Program-made: the position numbers and the translations under genes
The notes under the pieces: model-generated
Databases searched by the model: none
Told to the model about the DNA's origin: nothing
Seen by the model: the letters and a program-made list of their open reading frames with translations, nothing else
Assembly: GCF_009914755.1 (NCBI RefSeq)
Contig: NC_060947.1
Strand: one strand, 5' to 3'
Length of the DNA: 64,000 nt
Source of the DNA: the human T2T-CHM13v2.0 reference genome, Homo sapiens
Part shown: in pieces, positions 15,736 through 41,082 of the stretch
Layout of the letters: each line of letters begins with the position of its first letter
How positions within the stretch are numbered: position 1 is the stretch's first letter

Positions 15736-16110
15736 TGTTATGGGCTGAATTGTTACCTTCCCCAAATCCTTATGTTGAAGTCCCAACCCCCAGTACCTGA
15801 GAATGTAACAGTATTTGAAGATAAAGTCTTTAAAGAGGTGATTGAATTAAAATGAGGCTGTTAGAGTGGGGCTCTAATGCAACATGACTGGTGTCCTTAT
15901 AAAAAAAGGAACACCAAGGCTGCACACGCACAGAGGACCAACCATGTGAAGAGGCAGCAAGAGGGCGGCCAACTATAAGCCAAAGAGAGAGGTCTCTGAA
16001 GAACCCAACCCTACAAGCACCCTGGTCTTGGACTTCCAGCCTCCAGAACTGTGAGAAAATAAATTCTGATTAAGTCACTCAATGTGTGGTATTTCATAAT
16101 ATGGAACTAC
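15736..16110 (+). mobile_element. MLT1 (MLT1A/B-like) solo LTR
   Basis: tgttatgggctgaattg...ggacttccagcctccagaactgtgagaaaataaatt. Confidence 0.82.
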
Positions 16111-16819
16111 TAAGAAATGTCAGCTGGGCAAGAAAAGGCTAACTTCAGGCCTATATAACCCATTCCCTCTCTACTAGGAATCAATGAACTCAATCAAATT
16201 TCCTCTAAAATGTGCTGATATTACCAGAGAGAAAATGTAAAGTCCTTATCTCTAAAATGCTTTTAGCAAGATATACTTGGTCTTTATAGATGGTTTATTG
16301 TAAAACTTGGGATTTGTGGATTCATGAGGCATGACTGGCTGGAGAATGAGGGCTCATTTAAACTGCATAATGAAGTATAAAAAGGAGATGTTGCAAAATC
16401 AAATGACTCCCTTTGTTTGAACAAGGTCTCCACATACAACGCTCAGAAAGAAACTTGTCCTTTTTGAATCCAAAGTGCACCGAGAGAGAAAAGGGCCATT
16501 TTTGGAGCTGGACTCTCTAACATTTTGGACTTCTCTAAAAAAAGAATATTTCTTCTGTGTCTGGTGATCATCCCATATCCTTTGATTCATTAAAAGTTTG
16601 GTATTGGGTAAGATCTATGATTTATGTGTTTGACTTGACAAACCCTTTGAATGAAACAAGATTATGCATGGAAAAATTATTTTGCACTTCTTAAATATTC
16701 CTGTTTTATGTTCTATCAATCTAGTTTCAAAAATATACTTTGGATAGAATTTTACATTATAAAGGATTACATGATGAAAATAATCTGATAAAAGGGACAA
16801 ACATGCATTGATTTGAAAC

Positions 16820-16825
16820 TTTATT
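16820..16825 (-). terminator. RPS6KA3: Distal polyadenylation signal of RPS6KA3
   Basis: AATAAA followed ~20 nt later by the GU/U-rich TGCATGTTTGTCCCTTTT. Confidence 0.7.
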
Positions 16826-19800
16826 ATATAAATTTTCATTTCTTTTAAAGATTACAAAACCTGTTCTATGACAGGAATACAAGCAATATTGTTCCAGGAT
16901 TATTCATGGATACATCTGAAGAGCTTAGATTACACATTAATAGTATGATTTGAAAACTTCCCAGATTAGACTCTTAAGTAAAACAATTTAAAGTATTTAG
17001 TGATATTTGATCCTTTACAAGCATTTTATAATTATGGCAGCAATGCCAAGCATCTGATGCGATTTAACCACCAACAAAAGGTACAATATGTAAGAATTCA
17101 TGATATGGTATCTTGGGCTTCTGGCATGCCTTACTAGAGAGAAACTAGTATAAAGGAAGATCATATATAACAGTAGAAAAATATTTGTGATTTTTTTCTT
17201 TTTTAAAAACTATTTAAGTAGGCACCCACCCCATTCCCACCCATGACCAAAAATGCAAAATAAGTACATCCCTTAGGTGTATACCTTCCCTTTTGCTTAG
17301 GGCAACAGTTAAGATAAACTAATACACGTATATGATTTTAAGAGTTAAAAACTCATCACCCATAATCAATAAGGATGCTAAGGAATGGCAATACCTTGAA
17401 GCTTTTTTTAAAATTAAAAACCAAAGCTTTAGATGGTAAACTACACTTACAGAAACACAAACCAAAATCTTTATGCCCTTGCTTTGTACGTGAAAGTTCT
17501 ATTTTAAATACTTGTTTGAAAAACTCATTATACAGTTCATTCAGTACTATGGTGATAACAGGAGTAAAGATGTTCACTTCCATTAGACAATGAACTAATC
17601 TACTTAGAGAGGACTATTATAGCGACTCTCTTCTCATATACGTTTACATATACTCTACTCATGGTATGTGCTCTAAGGAGGTTTTATTGAGGTTTGTACC
17701 TCTGAACTTAAATCTCTACATTTTCCTTTCCACTAATCTCTATTCAAAATGTCATATACTTTGCTAGTTGCTCTGGGAGAAGTCATGGACATTTAAACAG
17801 CTTATCATGCAGTTCAAGATTATATGGCAAAATAATGAGGAAAGTGCCTTAAGAGGTAGGAAGTAGGCTCTCATCCCAACCCTCGGTATGCCCTGTTATG
17901 AACAGTTAAAAAACTAGAATCAAAGTGGTAAATGTGAGGCTGATAGTAATACCAGGCTTAAGAAAATTAAGTTGACTTAGTTACTAGAAATCTTTGAGAA
18001 CACTCAGTCACATTGGAACCAGCTGCAAATCACTTGATCACACAGAATACAGCAGTGTCAAAAACACATAAAGCACACCGTAGATACAAATTCTTCTTGG
18101 CCATCCATATTTGGGCATTATCATTCTGGAGATTCTTCATTGGAAAAAGTGGTTAAGTGTGGCTCTGTTGAATACCACAGTCCCAATAAAGTGAATTTCA
18201 TTCCTTCATTAATTGGTCTCCACCAATGGTCACTTGGGGAGACCAGCAAAATGTAAGCAACCTGGGGTTGAAAAGAGGACTGTTTTCATTAATTGAAATA
18301 AAAATACTGAGTTAAGTCAACTTATCTGTGAATTAAGTAAGGCTCAAAGTATATATCCAGTTTAAAGTTAGTTACATGGCATTGGGCCTTTCAGAGGGAC
18401 ACAACTCTAGGACTAGATTGAAACCTCCTGGTTTAAGCACCAAGGTCAGCCATGGAATCCATCATATTTGTTAATCTGAGAAAACAGACCTTTTCTGAAC
18501 CTTTACATTCCTGAGCTATCTATCCTAATGCCTTCATAAGTCTCAATGCTCAATCAACCATAAGATAGAATTTTCTTTATAAAATATAGTAAAGCAAACT
18601 GAAAAATTATAGGTCATTTTTAAAGGCCAGGAAGTAGAGAATATCAAAGCCATGCTGAGATGGGTATTGCTGGCCTCCATGGTGATTAAGCGCATCCATA
18701 GCAAGGCCTGCAAATCTTGAATGCTTTTCTGCTCTCATCCCAGGCTGGGCTTACCTGAGTCCCTTTTCTGCCGAATACATTCTGCCCTCTCTTGAAGCCT
18801 TTGCTCTGTTCAAATCTTTCCTGGGCTGAAGGTGCAGGGCACAGCTAACTGGACAGCCCCACCTCCCATGATGTCCCCTGGCCCCAACAGCAGTCACTTC
18901 TTAAAAAGAGATGGGAAATGGTTGACCCAAACCCGCTTTTTGGAGTACACTGCATGTGAAATGTGGAAACTCTACAGCATACACACCACAGCTTCTCTCC
19001 AGACAATCATAACTGACTTTTCACACACACAAGCTTCATAGCATCTCAACTTTGGGCCTTGTCAAAATTATTACATTTTTGGACTTTTGGGGTTGCTTGT
19101 GAATAAATGCATCCATATCAAATCTGTTAAAGTTGGGGGTCTGTTGCATTAGAAATAAGACACCTCTATAAACCAGAAAAAGCTGAAATGATTTATAAAA
19201 AACAAAAATTAAAAAAGGATGAAAAACTTACCTTCATTTAACATCATCACTTGAAAGGGAAGATACAAAACACATGGTAGTGTAATTCATACCTTCCAGT
19301 ACGTGCTTGACAAGCTTAAATTCAATCTCTCATTTTGTAAAAGAGGCCTGATAGTTTAGTTTCTTCTTTCACAATGAAATATCTTTAAGACTGGACTGAT
19401 ACCTTTTGGGAGAAGCCTCAGTAACTGGCAGCACTAATTGGTGAAAGGCAGAAGCCTTTAGGGGCCTCAATACCACAACTGTAGGGGCCTGAATAATTGA
19501 TGTTGAGAAATTAATGGAAAAGTTAACCCAACACAAGCACTATATTTAGAGCACATCGTTGGCCAAGTTTTTCCACTGTATGTCAAAAGCAATGGAAGAG
19601 AATAAGAGGACCACAGATGAAATAAATTTAGGTAGAAAGCCTTCCATTTTGTGAACATATAACTTGCTTTTCTCCAATAAAATTGGCTGCTTGGCTAGGC
19701 AAAGAAGGCAATTATCTTCGAAAGAAATAAAAGTTGGCATCACATACCAGTAGAGGACTGCCCAAGAAATATGTAGTTTTTGAACTCAGCTACTGGTTGG

Positions 19801-20501
19801 TGATCATATGAGGGAAAGGCAGCATGGTGTGATGAGGCGGAAAAAAACAAAATGGGGAGAAGTTAAGGATTCTAGACTTTGATATGTGTCTCAGGTTCTC
19901 TACATGCAATATGAGAAAGTTGGATTGGGTAATTTATAAGGATTTATGTGTTTACTTCTAGTTCTAAAATACTATGATGGACAATACTCCTAAGCAATTA
20001 CGGAGTAGCATCAGTGTAAAAAAATCTGAAAATATATCTATTTCTGCTCAGAATGACATTAACATTTTAAAAGTGACAATAATTTGAGATGACCAAAGTT
20101 TGAAACACTGAATAGAGGAGGGAAAAAAGCTCTCTTTCCAGGCAATGGAAAGCAGCTTTTAATAGCATCCATATATTCAAGAATTTGAAAATACTTTCTC
20201 TATCTAGACATTCTGATATCCCTCCTATATATTATTTCATTTAGAAGCTAAACTTACATTTGATTTCTATGCAGTAATCATTTTTGTGTCACTTGGGCAA
20301 AAGAAATGTTATAGATTTCCCCTTTCTCTTTAATTGCATAGAGGAGAAATTAAGGAATGACAAGTGGATTTCAGGACATTTAGATAAACCACACTCTCTT
20401 GGCTTTGTACTCTTAGGGGAAAATTTAAAGCTTCTGTGGCAGGAAAAAAGGTTTCTGATATAAATGGCTTATTACATGATGACTAACAAAAATCTGTATG
20501 A

Positions 20502-20829
<328 letters not shown>

Positions 20830-22290
20830 TGATGAGGTAAGTTAAATCACTTTTTTCTTGCTCATATGTCTTTTACATTACATACTGATGTATGCTAGGC
20901 AGCTTGGCAAAGACACAGGTAATAATGGGGACTGAAGTTTCTTTCATCAAATACGATTGTGGAAACTACCAAATTAGATGCAGATAATGAATACTGCAAT
21001 CTAAGCAGGCCCAGTGGCCATTATGAAAACTGATCATTCCTGAAGTCAAAGGAAGCAGTATGTGGCTATAAATTATCATGAGGGATTCAGAAAATACTCA
21101 ATGCTGTTCACTTAGCCTGCCCTACCTATAATTTTAGGTTAGAACAGATACTGTTTGATCAATAATGTTTTATTCCCTAAAATAAGAAAGTTTAAATCCA
21201 ATTTCATACAGAGGCCTTTGGCCTTTATTACATTTAAATTAGTGTTTAATATAGAATATCTATTTAAACATGAAATATCCAATAGGACTTCAATTACCTG
21301 TTGCTAAATTTTCCTTCACCCATCTCCTTACCATGACTCTTAAAGGGCTTTGACGTATATTGGCAAAATCCCAGATGATATGCCAAATTCTAAGTATGGA
21401 TGCTATGTAAGATTAGAAGTGCAAGGACTACTTCCTTAATTAAGGAAAAAAGTACTCTAAGGAGTTGCAAAGTATATGGACTAACTTCATAGGTGTATTC
21501 TTGATTTCATGCCACACACATATGATAACTTTCTCTACCATAACAGCTCTCTAGGTTAGTCTGACAGAGCACCTGACTTTAAGAAACAAACAAATGAACG
21601 AACCAGTGAAACAGACGTGGGGAAAGATATGTACATTTTGGAAGTATTACATTCAACAGCTGTTCCACAATCTGGCCATTTTTAGGACTGTCCAACAATA
21701 CTGTTAATCCAGGTGAACTATTTAACCAGATTTAATAGTCAATTGATTAATAATAATAGATTCCAAGTTAAACAAGGCATGTATACATTAAAGAAAGCAG
21801 TACAGAAATGTACTGTATATGAACTGTTTACAAAAACATACAAAATGTTGGATGGCACAAGGGATACAGTGCTAATATAAACGGATTGTTTAAGCTAAGT
21901 GCTTAACATAAACTGTCCATCCCTATAACTAACAAAGAATATTTAAGGGACATGAAATATTTCCTATAAAAATAATGCTATATGGTGTACTTTATTCAGT
22001 GTATTTTTAGGTGGTATTCATATGTTCATTATTTTTCTCATTGATTCAGTGACTATATCTTCATCATGTTTCCATTTTCATTTCTTCCGAAGCTCCAGGA
22101 AAATCTAACTTGCTAACAATCATTTAAAGCGAGAAGAGAGGAAAGCAGGAGCAGCAGCAGGAACAGCAGCATTATGGGTACCAGCTGGGACAGTGTGTGC
22201 TTGCAGGTGTCTCTCAGATACGTGCTACCTGTCGCCAGAACTTGTGCTATCAGCTTACACCATGGTACCAAATATCTCACTGAGGTCACT

Positions 22291-22458
<168 letters not shown>

Positions 22459-22869
22459 TCACACGTACACAAATACAAAATGAAGAGTTTTTTCATATGC
22501 AAATGTACATAGATTTTATTTGGTTCATAATGAAAATAACCACACTGGTCAAATCCACTGACTTAACCAAAACTGTAGAGGCCAACATGGAGGTTAAAAT
22601 TATGTATGAGAGAGAACAAAGATAGGCTCATAACAGGCAGTCCTCACTTTTCTCAGGACTATTCAACATTTTTTCCCTTTGCATTCCTTTAATGCATAAA
22701 GGCACTAAAGAGACAGGAAGGCATGCTCTTTAAGTTGGGAAATCCATAAGCTTAATCTGTCCTTATTGATAGTGAATACCTACTCATGTAGACTGAGAGG
22801 AATTCAAAAGTCGCTCTTAAACTAGTTTTATTACTAATATATTGATATGCCTTGAGCTTTTCGAAGTCA

Positions 22870-23193
<324 letters not shown>

Positions 23194-23378
23194 CTATGGC
23201 TCTTGATACTAATGAACATTCTTCCTTAGCTTCTGTGATACTGCTTTTTCTGGTAGCAGCCCTTTGGTCAACATGGTAATTTGGGGGAAAAAAAATCAGT
23301 CTCCGCTTTTTCCCTGCTAAATAACTGTAATTTGGTGCATCACAAGGGGTCAATTTAGCACATTTTATATATCTTTAA

Positions 23379-27674
<4,296 letters not shown>

Positions 27675-28501
27675 TAAATTGGTCAACTGAGGCTTCAGGC
27701 CCTAGGCCAACAGAATCTATATACACTTTTGATGTGTTCTATTTACTTATACGATCACCTCAACTCAAGCTTTCACCCCTAAGAAAAAAGAATATGCACT
27801 TTCACCAATATGTATCCTCTTTATCTACTCTGTTTTTATTTTGAAGTAAAAAACTTCATTTTTTTTTTAAAGAATTCTCTATGAAAAAAGTGAAAATAGA
27901 ACAGAGTTGGAGAGCAAGTCAGTGCTATTCAGGGGATGGCAGATCTTCCAGTGAGAAGGGCTCTTCAAACGATTTCATGCAGATGCTATGAAACTATACA
28001 TCTGTTTATCGTGAAAAAACCGAAACCCCTTTCTTCATAATCTGAATTAAAAATAGAACATGGTATAATTATTCTAGGGAATGAGGGCTGTGGAATCATA
28101 TTTAGTTTGAAGCACCCATGTTTACCTGGTATGTAACATAGACAAGTTCAAACTAACATTCCGGGCTCTGGTTTCCTTCTGTGAAATGGGGATACTGCCA
28201 CCTATTTCACAGGGTGTTATGAGGATTACATGACATAATTTAGGTAAAGTGGCATGTGAGGCACACAATAGACAGACAAATCATGAAGACTACCACGGTT
28301 ATTATTTATCACGTTCTTCAGTGAGAAACAGTTTTAAAAGTATAAATAATAAGGCCAAACCAATGTCAGCTGGGGAAGAAACAAAATAATGGGTCCATTT
28401 TCGAGTTCAAATTATTTGTTAACATCAGTTTAACATACTAATTTATAAACAAAGGTTTCTAACTGGTAGTATTTCTTCTCACTATGGATCATAAAAAGTT
28501 A

Positions 28502-28660
<159 letters not shown>

Positions 28661-28949
28661 TTATAATAAAATTAAAATATTAATGAATAAAATTTATTAC
28701 TTGGTTGGTAATCTCAAAAGTACTCTAATTCAGTTAATGTAATATTTTATTAAAATCTACCAAAGTGAAAAAAATCAACAAAATGAAGCTCCATAAGGCA
28801 CCAGGTAAAGTATAGGTTATAAAATATTAATTATATTTAATATACAAATTATTGTATATTTACAATAATTACAAATATACAAAATATTTATATTAATAAA
28901 TATTTTAAGACCTGACACATTATAGAATAAAACATTAAGAAATAGTGTA

Positions 28950-29790
<841 letters not shown>

Positions 29791-29857
29791 TAGATAACTT
29801 AAGCAAAACATTGATGAACAAATGCTTAGGTGCTTAGAACATATGGTATACACTCAC

Positions 29858-29934
29858 CCGGTAAGCATTGTATAGAGTAGGACACCAAGACTCCATATAT
29901 CACAAGCAGCATCATAGCCTTGTCTTTTTAAAAC
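29858..29934 (-). CDS. RPS6KA3: RPS6KA3 exon 19 (VLKRQGYDAACDIWSLGVLLYTMLT-G)
   Basis: TTCTAG|GTT...CCGG|GTGAGT; 77 nt; kinase subdomain IX. Confidence 0.96.
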
Positions 29935-30446
29935 CTAGAAAAAGTGCAAAATTAGTATTACTATACCACCATTTTGTATATATATTTGTAAGGCTATGAG
30001 TTGAATTATATATTCCAAATCAACACCTATAAGGAAAATTTCAACAGAACATGGTTACCAAATAAGGCAATACGTTAATCCGATTCTAGAACATTCTACT
30101 ACTAATAATTCATAAATTTAATTTTGGTATTCAAATTAATATTTATTGAGTGCTGTAGGTACACAGGAATATAAAACAAACTGAAGATAACTTTCTTATT
30201 TTAATGAATTTATATTTTGTTTGGGGCTACAGAAATATTTACAAAAAACAATGCTTTTAAGAACACATACACACACGCACACAAAGAACACACAGAACCT
30301 AGCACAAAAATCACCAACTTTTATCAGGTACGAACTATGAGAAATACAAAAAACCCCTGATTTCCCCCCCAAAAAAAAATCTGATGGGAAATAAACATAT
30401 AAATAGTTAACGACTCAACCTGATAAATATTATAATAAAATCAAGT

Positions 30447-31579
<1,133 letters not shown>

Positions 31580-31792
31580 CAAGGGCTTTTATAATATGTT
31601 AAGAAATTTAGATTCTTCTGTAGGCAATCAGATGTCACTGAAACATTAAACAGGGAAATGAAAGGCTGGCATTTTATCCTAATTATTTCTTCAGTAAGTC
31701 TTCAATTAAATTATTATTAATAATTCGGTATTAAACATAGTGAATGAGTTTTAAAACATACTAATACTGCAAGCAAACTCTCTCACAATTAC

Positions 31793-31954
31793 CTCTGGTG
31801 CAACAAAATTTGCAGTGTAACAAGGAGTCATGAGAAGACCATTTTCCGCTCTCAGCTGTTTTGCAAAGCCAAAATCACAAATTCGAATAGATTCCGGATT
31901 ACCAGATTCATCCACATAAAGAATGTTGCTAGGTTTCAAGTCTCTATGAACCAC
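31793..31954 (-). CDS. RPS6KA3: RPS6KA3 exon 18 ([10 protein letters not shown]...DFG...[14 protein letters not shown])
   Basis: ATTAG|GTG...GAG|GTAATT; 162 nt; C-terminal kinase HRD/DFG motifs and activation loop. Confidence 0.97.
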
Positions 31955-32739
31955 CTAATTGAAATACAAATTAAAGAGTTATGTTAACAATATATTTCCA
32001 TTACTGAAAGTTCTTTATTCACAAACTGTCAAGCAATGCACTTAACAAGATGATGAGTGCTGACCTTTAAATTAGCCTAACATTATAAAATACTGATAAT
32101 GTAAAGCATAACTCTCTAACATAGACCGGGGGCAAGGAGGAGGAGGAAGAAAGAATAGTACTTACCTCCCTCCTCTTTGTCCAACTGAGTAATTGGGTTA
32201 AGGAAAATTGCAAACAGCAATAATATATCTACCTCCAGGTTGATCACTCATTTAATATTGAGTGTCTATCATGTACCAGGGTATTATATAAGCTGCTGTA
32301 GATACCGTGGTGAACAAGACCCATGAGATCCTGGCCTTTCCATGCTAGGAGCTTACACAGTTCTGGGGGAAGCAGAGAATAGGTTGAGAGATGGGACATA
32401 ACTAGGGAGGTCACTTTAAATAGGGCAGTCAGGAAGGGTCTCTAGATTAGGTAACATCTGATCCAATAGCTGAAGAACAGAATGAATGAGCCATAAGAAC
32501 AGTAAGGGAGAGTCATTCTAACTAGAAGGAACAGCACGTACAAGATACATACACAACAAATATATTCTGATAGACTAAATGGAATAGACAGGGCATTGAG
32601 GAGTAAAAAGGAAAAAACCAAAACAAATCTGGACTTTATTTTTGGTACTGCCTATTTGATATACAAGGTGTTACACATGCAAGAAACCTCTTCTTTAGAG
32701 TTCTGTATTATTTTCCTCTTTTAATGATCTACCTGAGTA

Positions 32740-33048
32740 CAGTAGTCCCCCCTTATCCGTGGCGTATATGTTTCAAGACCCCCAGTGGATTCCTGAAATT
32801 GAGGATAATACCGAAGTCTCTCTATATTTTTTCCTAGATATATATACCTATGATATAGTTTAATTTATAAATTAGGCACAGTAAGAGATTAACAATGACT
32901 AATAATAAATTAGAACACTTGTAACAATATACTGTAATAAAAGTTATATGAATGTGGTCTCTCAAAATACTGTAATATTTTTGACAATGGTTGACTGTGG
33001 TAACTGAAACCACAGAAAGCAAACTTGCAGATTAGTGGGGGACTACTG
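32740..33048. mobile_element. MER44/Tigger7-like TcMar MITE
   Basis: TIRs CAGTAGTCCCCC / GGGGGACTACTG flanked by a TA target duplication. Confidence 0.85.
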
Positions 33049-33413
33049 TACTTTTTTATCATAAGCTTCTCTGACATTCCTTTTTAGACTTAAGTGTGCC
33101 TTCTGTCACCAAATTCTGAGTCTGTGTTCCAATCAATCAAATTAGATTTAGTTCCTCACATCCAGGACATCACTTCTCCAGACTATTTTAATAACGAATT
33201 ACTGATGAGGCATTGGGAAAAGAACACAGAAGACTTTGATGACTGCAAGGTCATAAGTTCCTCAGTGACTACTGAGTTCTACTAATTTCAAGTTACAATA
33301 CTAGGCAAATCTTGATAAGTTAGAAGTCAGGAAGCTCCAGAATTAACACATTCTACTTGGCTTTCAGGGGCAAAGACAAAACAAAAAGAATGTATTGAAA
33401 CTGAACTCCTTAA

Positions 33414-36193
<2,780 letters not shown>

Positions 36194-36244
36194 TATGATG
36201 AGTTCTTTGTCTACCACATGATTTTTGAAAATACACTACTTTCA

Positions 36245-36385
<141 letters not shown>

Positions 36386-37293
36386 CTAAAAGGCAAATGT
36401 TTATCACAAAACCTCATCAACTATACAGTTATAAACATTAATTGTTTATAGCTACAGACCTTGGGTATTACCTCATGTAAATAGTGTATAAATAAGCCAT
36501 TTATCAGTCAGTTTTATTCAACTACCTGGCCAGATTGTTTAATCAGAAAGCCAGTCTTGATATAGATGGCAAGGCTGTAAATTCTAACTCATGAGTCGCA
36601 TTCCCACCATGCCTCTCCAATCTAAGTTTGTAAGTTTGTAGTAAGTTTAGGACTTAACCAAAAACTCAAAAAGCCTCGAGAAAAGGTACCAAGAACACAG
36701 TTAACATATCTTTTCTTCTATCCTTGAGGCCTTAAACATTTGGGAACTCAGTCAACTTCTAACCCCCCATCAATACAGATAATTAAGAGCTAGATATAAC
36801 ACCACCACTAGCATCTGCTTATTGAATTAAGTTTACTTCCTTTAATAAAATGCTTCAATTGAATATCCTGTTAGCTGTAAGCTACTTATAAAAGCTAATT
36901 ATCTGCTAAGTAGAACAATCTTGTTTTTGAAGTTAGGCAGAAAGCTACATAGAAAATCATACCTAGCATTTTATTTGGTTAGAATTTGGTTTAATTATTA
37001 TAATAAAGCCCTTTAAAATAGTAATGTAGCTTTCTAACCCTTTTATATTGGCTGCTCCTTAAAAATATTTTTCTTAATGTTTTAATCTGCTCAACTAATA
37101 TTATATAAAAAAGACAAATTTTGCTTTCTATTCATTCAAAGGGTAGTCTGAAACAAATTAGGTGGCCTTTGTATGTTCAATTTTAAACAGCTTAGTAATT
37201 AAGTATGCACTAAATACCCAGACACTCCAGCAACCTAGGAAAGAGGTTACAACTCTCAAGCATGGGTCCAGTCTTCTATCTGAAATGGATTTA

Positions 37294-38196
37294 TAGTTGA
37301 CCCTTGAACAACACAGGTTTGAACTATGAGGGACCAATTACACGTGGATTTTCTTCTGCTTCTGCCACCCCTGAGACACCAAGACCAACTCCTTCTCTTC
37401 TTCCTCCCTCCTCAGCCTACTTAAGGTGAAAATGATGAGGAAAAAGACCTTTATTATGATCCACTTCCATTTAATGAACAGTAAATGTATTTTCTCTTCC
37501 TTATATATATTTTTTCTTTTTTTGAGACAGGGTCTTGCTCTGTTGCCCAGGGTGGAGTGTAGTGGCGCAATCACGGCTCACTGCAACCTCAAACCCCTGG
37601 GCCCAAGTGATCCTCCCACCTCTACCTCCTGAGTAGCTGGGACCACAGGCACATACCACTACACTCAGAAAATTTTAAAAATTATTTGTAGAGATGAGGT
37701 CTGGCTATGTTGCCAAGGCTAGAGTACAGTGGCACATAGCTCACTGCAGCCTGAACCTCCTGAGCTCAAGCAATCCTTCCGTCTCAGCCTCCTGAGTAGC
37801 TGGGACTACAGGCACATGTAGCCACGCCTGGCTAATTTTTAAACAATTTTTCTGTAGAGATAGGGTCTTGCTCTGTTGCCCAGGCTTGTCTCAAACTCCT
37901 GGCCTCAAGCAATCCTCCCACCTCGGCCTCCCAAAGTGCTAGGATTACAAACGTGAGACACTATGTCTGGCATGATTTTCTTAATAACACTTTCTTTTCT
38001 CTAGCTTACTTTATTGTAAGAATACAGTATATAATACATATAACATACAAAATAATCGACTATATATGCTATCAGTGAGGCTTCTGGTCAACAGTAGGCT
38101 ATGAGCAGTTAAGTTTTGGAGAGTCAAGTTATACGTGGATTTTCAACTGCTTGGGGATCAGCACTCCCAAGTCCTGTGTTATTCAAGGGTAGACTG
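37294..38196. mobile_element. Tigger2-like TcMar element interrupted by a composite Alu (37510-37971, -)
   Basis: TIRs (T)AGTTGACCCTTGAACAACAC / GTGTTATTCAAGGGTAGACTG with TA flanks. Confidence 0.82.
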
Positions 38197-39495
38197 TACT
38201 TGTATAACAGTTCTGTATTTGGAGAACAGGGAAGGTAAACATACAGGTGCCCACTGTAATCAACTGCAAATGATAGTGTGGAATTAGGCAAATGGGTGAT
38301 TAAGAGGAGAGGTATATGGAATAGACATGCTAATTTAAGAGATGACCTGGGACTAGTCTTTTGAAAACCAGAACACACTGGGAGGGGTCGTTTTTGGCAT
38401 GGATCTGCTAATCTGAGCCCAGTTTGCATTAGATCTATACTTGTGCTTGTGGACCTCAAATATGTGGTAATTTCAGTAGAATCCAGTTGTGTTGGGATTG
38501 GTTTTATGAATCATTTAAGTTACAAAAATCCACAAATAGCTTGGAGATATTTTTGAGGTTTTAGGCATAGTCCTCAAGGTTTCTGTAATTCAAAGGGGCC
38601 TCAGGACATTTCTGCTTTTTATGATGTATTTATGGAGGCAAGACACATCCTTAAACTGCCTACCAAATACATTATTAGTCTTTTCTCCTTTCATGTAAGC
38701 AATTTGAAAACTTCTATGTATCTTAGATTTCAGTAAGAGCAATGAATAGGAAAATAGAAAATTAAATGTATTTCTTTTAAGAATTTCCTTCTTTAAAATT
38801 AGCTTTATTGTCCTTCCAATGAAGCAAATTAAATGTATTTTTATGGTTCATCCTTCTATCTGACAGAAAGCCCTATAGACACTGACGACTTTAAAGCAGT
38901 TACATCTAAGTTTAGAAGAGTGATAACAACTAATGTCACTATCTCTCTAAACATGAGCTATGTATATTTATAAACCAGTCCTAAGGTTCAAACAAGTTGA
39001 AAGCTTTAGACATTGTTTGAATTGCTTGAGATTGGAGAGCAGAGGTTACTATTCCAAGAAGTGAAAAGAGACTTGAACATAGTGCTTGTTCACTTACGAC
39101 TAAAGGTTTGAAATTCAAACTTTATCGTAGAGCTAGGTTCCTTGGTTTTTGGCTTAGAAAATTCTGTCTTAGGATACTTGATGAAATTAAAACAGCCAAT
39201 GATAACGAATTTTATGATAGTGGTTTTTATTCATTAGTTCCCAGATCCTTTTAGATGCAAAGAAAGGTATGAACTTTTTGCCAGAGAAGATGTAAACATA
39301 CAAAATTTTGCACACAATTTTGAGGAATTTGCTGACACCCTGAGCATAAAATGGGGACTTCTCAGAGTAAAAAGATACTTTAAAAATCACTTGAGGTAAA
39401 AAAAGAAAAAAAATCACTTGAGGTGTAAACTGCTACTGCTCTGGGAAAACTAGATATATAACCACCTTACCTTTAGCTCACAGGGTTCTAGATTA

Positions 39496-39765
<270 letters not shown>

Positions 39766-40864
39766 CTACAAAAAATTATAAATTGGTGAAGAGTCCCATA
39801 ATGCCTTTAGTGCATTTTATAATAGGGAAGTATGTTACTCAGCATGCATTGTTGATGCCCTACATATAAATGAATAAGAATAAAAATACATCTTTATAGT
39901 ACTTATTATTCTACAAACAAGTGATTTTGAAAGTGTTTACAATGAAGTGTACAGCAAGAAATATGACTTAAAAAAGCTTATGTTACAAACAAAAATTGAA
40001 TTTGCACAACAGAAAAAGCAGAGCTACTTGATATGGGGCCTACATCTTTGTCTGTGATTCAGCCTTATTCCAGTCCCCAGTCGGCTATAGGTTTTCAAGT
40101 ACCTTTGCAAATGAGAAGTTTGAAACCTATGGTATAGAAGGAAAGGATTTAGGAGGATTCAGAATTAGAATATCTGAATTCTTGTCTCAGGTACACCACT
40201 TACAGGCTATGTAACTTTGAGCCTGTATTTTCTCAGAGGGTAATGGTGAAGATTAAATAAAAATAATGTATTTGCAAGCAATACCTGTTATCGCCATTTT
40301 GGACTTTCAGTAGCCACTCCCTCCTTTCTTCACCCTGAAGTCATAGCCTTACACAACTTATGCTAAAGAAGCTCGTCATGGGTTAGGGACTAATAACACA
40401 CAGTAGATGATGAACAGCAACTTACTGATTCCATAAACAGGCTGAGGAAAGTTGTGCTGCCCTTGGCTATACTGATATGAGACATCCATGCCTATGAGCT
40501 TTGTATATGTTAAAACTTGAATTTTGTAGGATATACAAGTTTGTGGTTTCTATGTTAGGTACAGAATTTGTAATTTAAAAACTTGCCATACATTCATGTG
40601 CTTGCATAGTAAATGGCACAGACTATTTCAACATGAGCTCTGCTTAAAAACCAGTGTTTTAATTGTTTTTCTACAAAATGGAAAACAGGATAACTGACTC
40701 ATGAAAAAACTTTAGAGCAAAAGCAACTTAATCATCAAGCAAATCCAAGTACAAATGATATCCTAAAAAGAATCCAATGCTTCAAAAGATATATCGAGTT
40801 CCCTTTGATTAGAAAGATGACTTAAGATTTGAGTTCATTTTTATTTCTTGTATCTTTTCTAAGG

Positions 40865-41082
40865 CAAAGGTTGACAAACTATGGCCAGTGAGCCAAATCT
40901 GATTCATTGCCTGTGTGTGTAAATAAAGTTTTATTGGTGCACAGCCATGCCCACTTGTTTATGTATTGTCTGTGGTTGTTTTGTGCTACATAGCAGAGTT
41001 GAGTAGTTGTGACACAGCCCATATAGCCCACAAAGCCTCAAGTATTATCTGACCCTTCACAGAGAAAGTCTGCCGACTCCTG
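40865..41082 (+). mobile_element. MER58A-like hAT MITE
   Basis: Perfect 8-bp TSD TTCTAAGG (40857-40864 and 41083-41090); internal gtaaataaagttttattgg motif. Confidence 0.88.
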
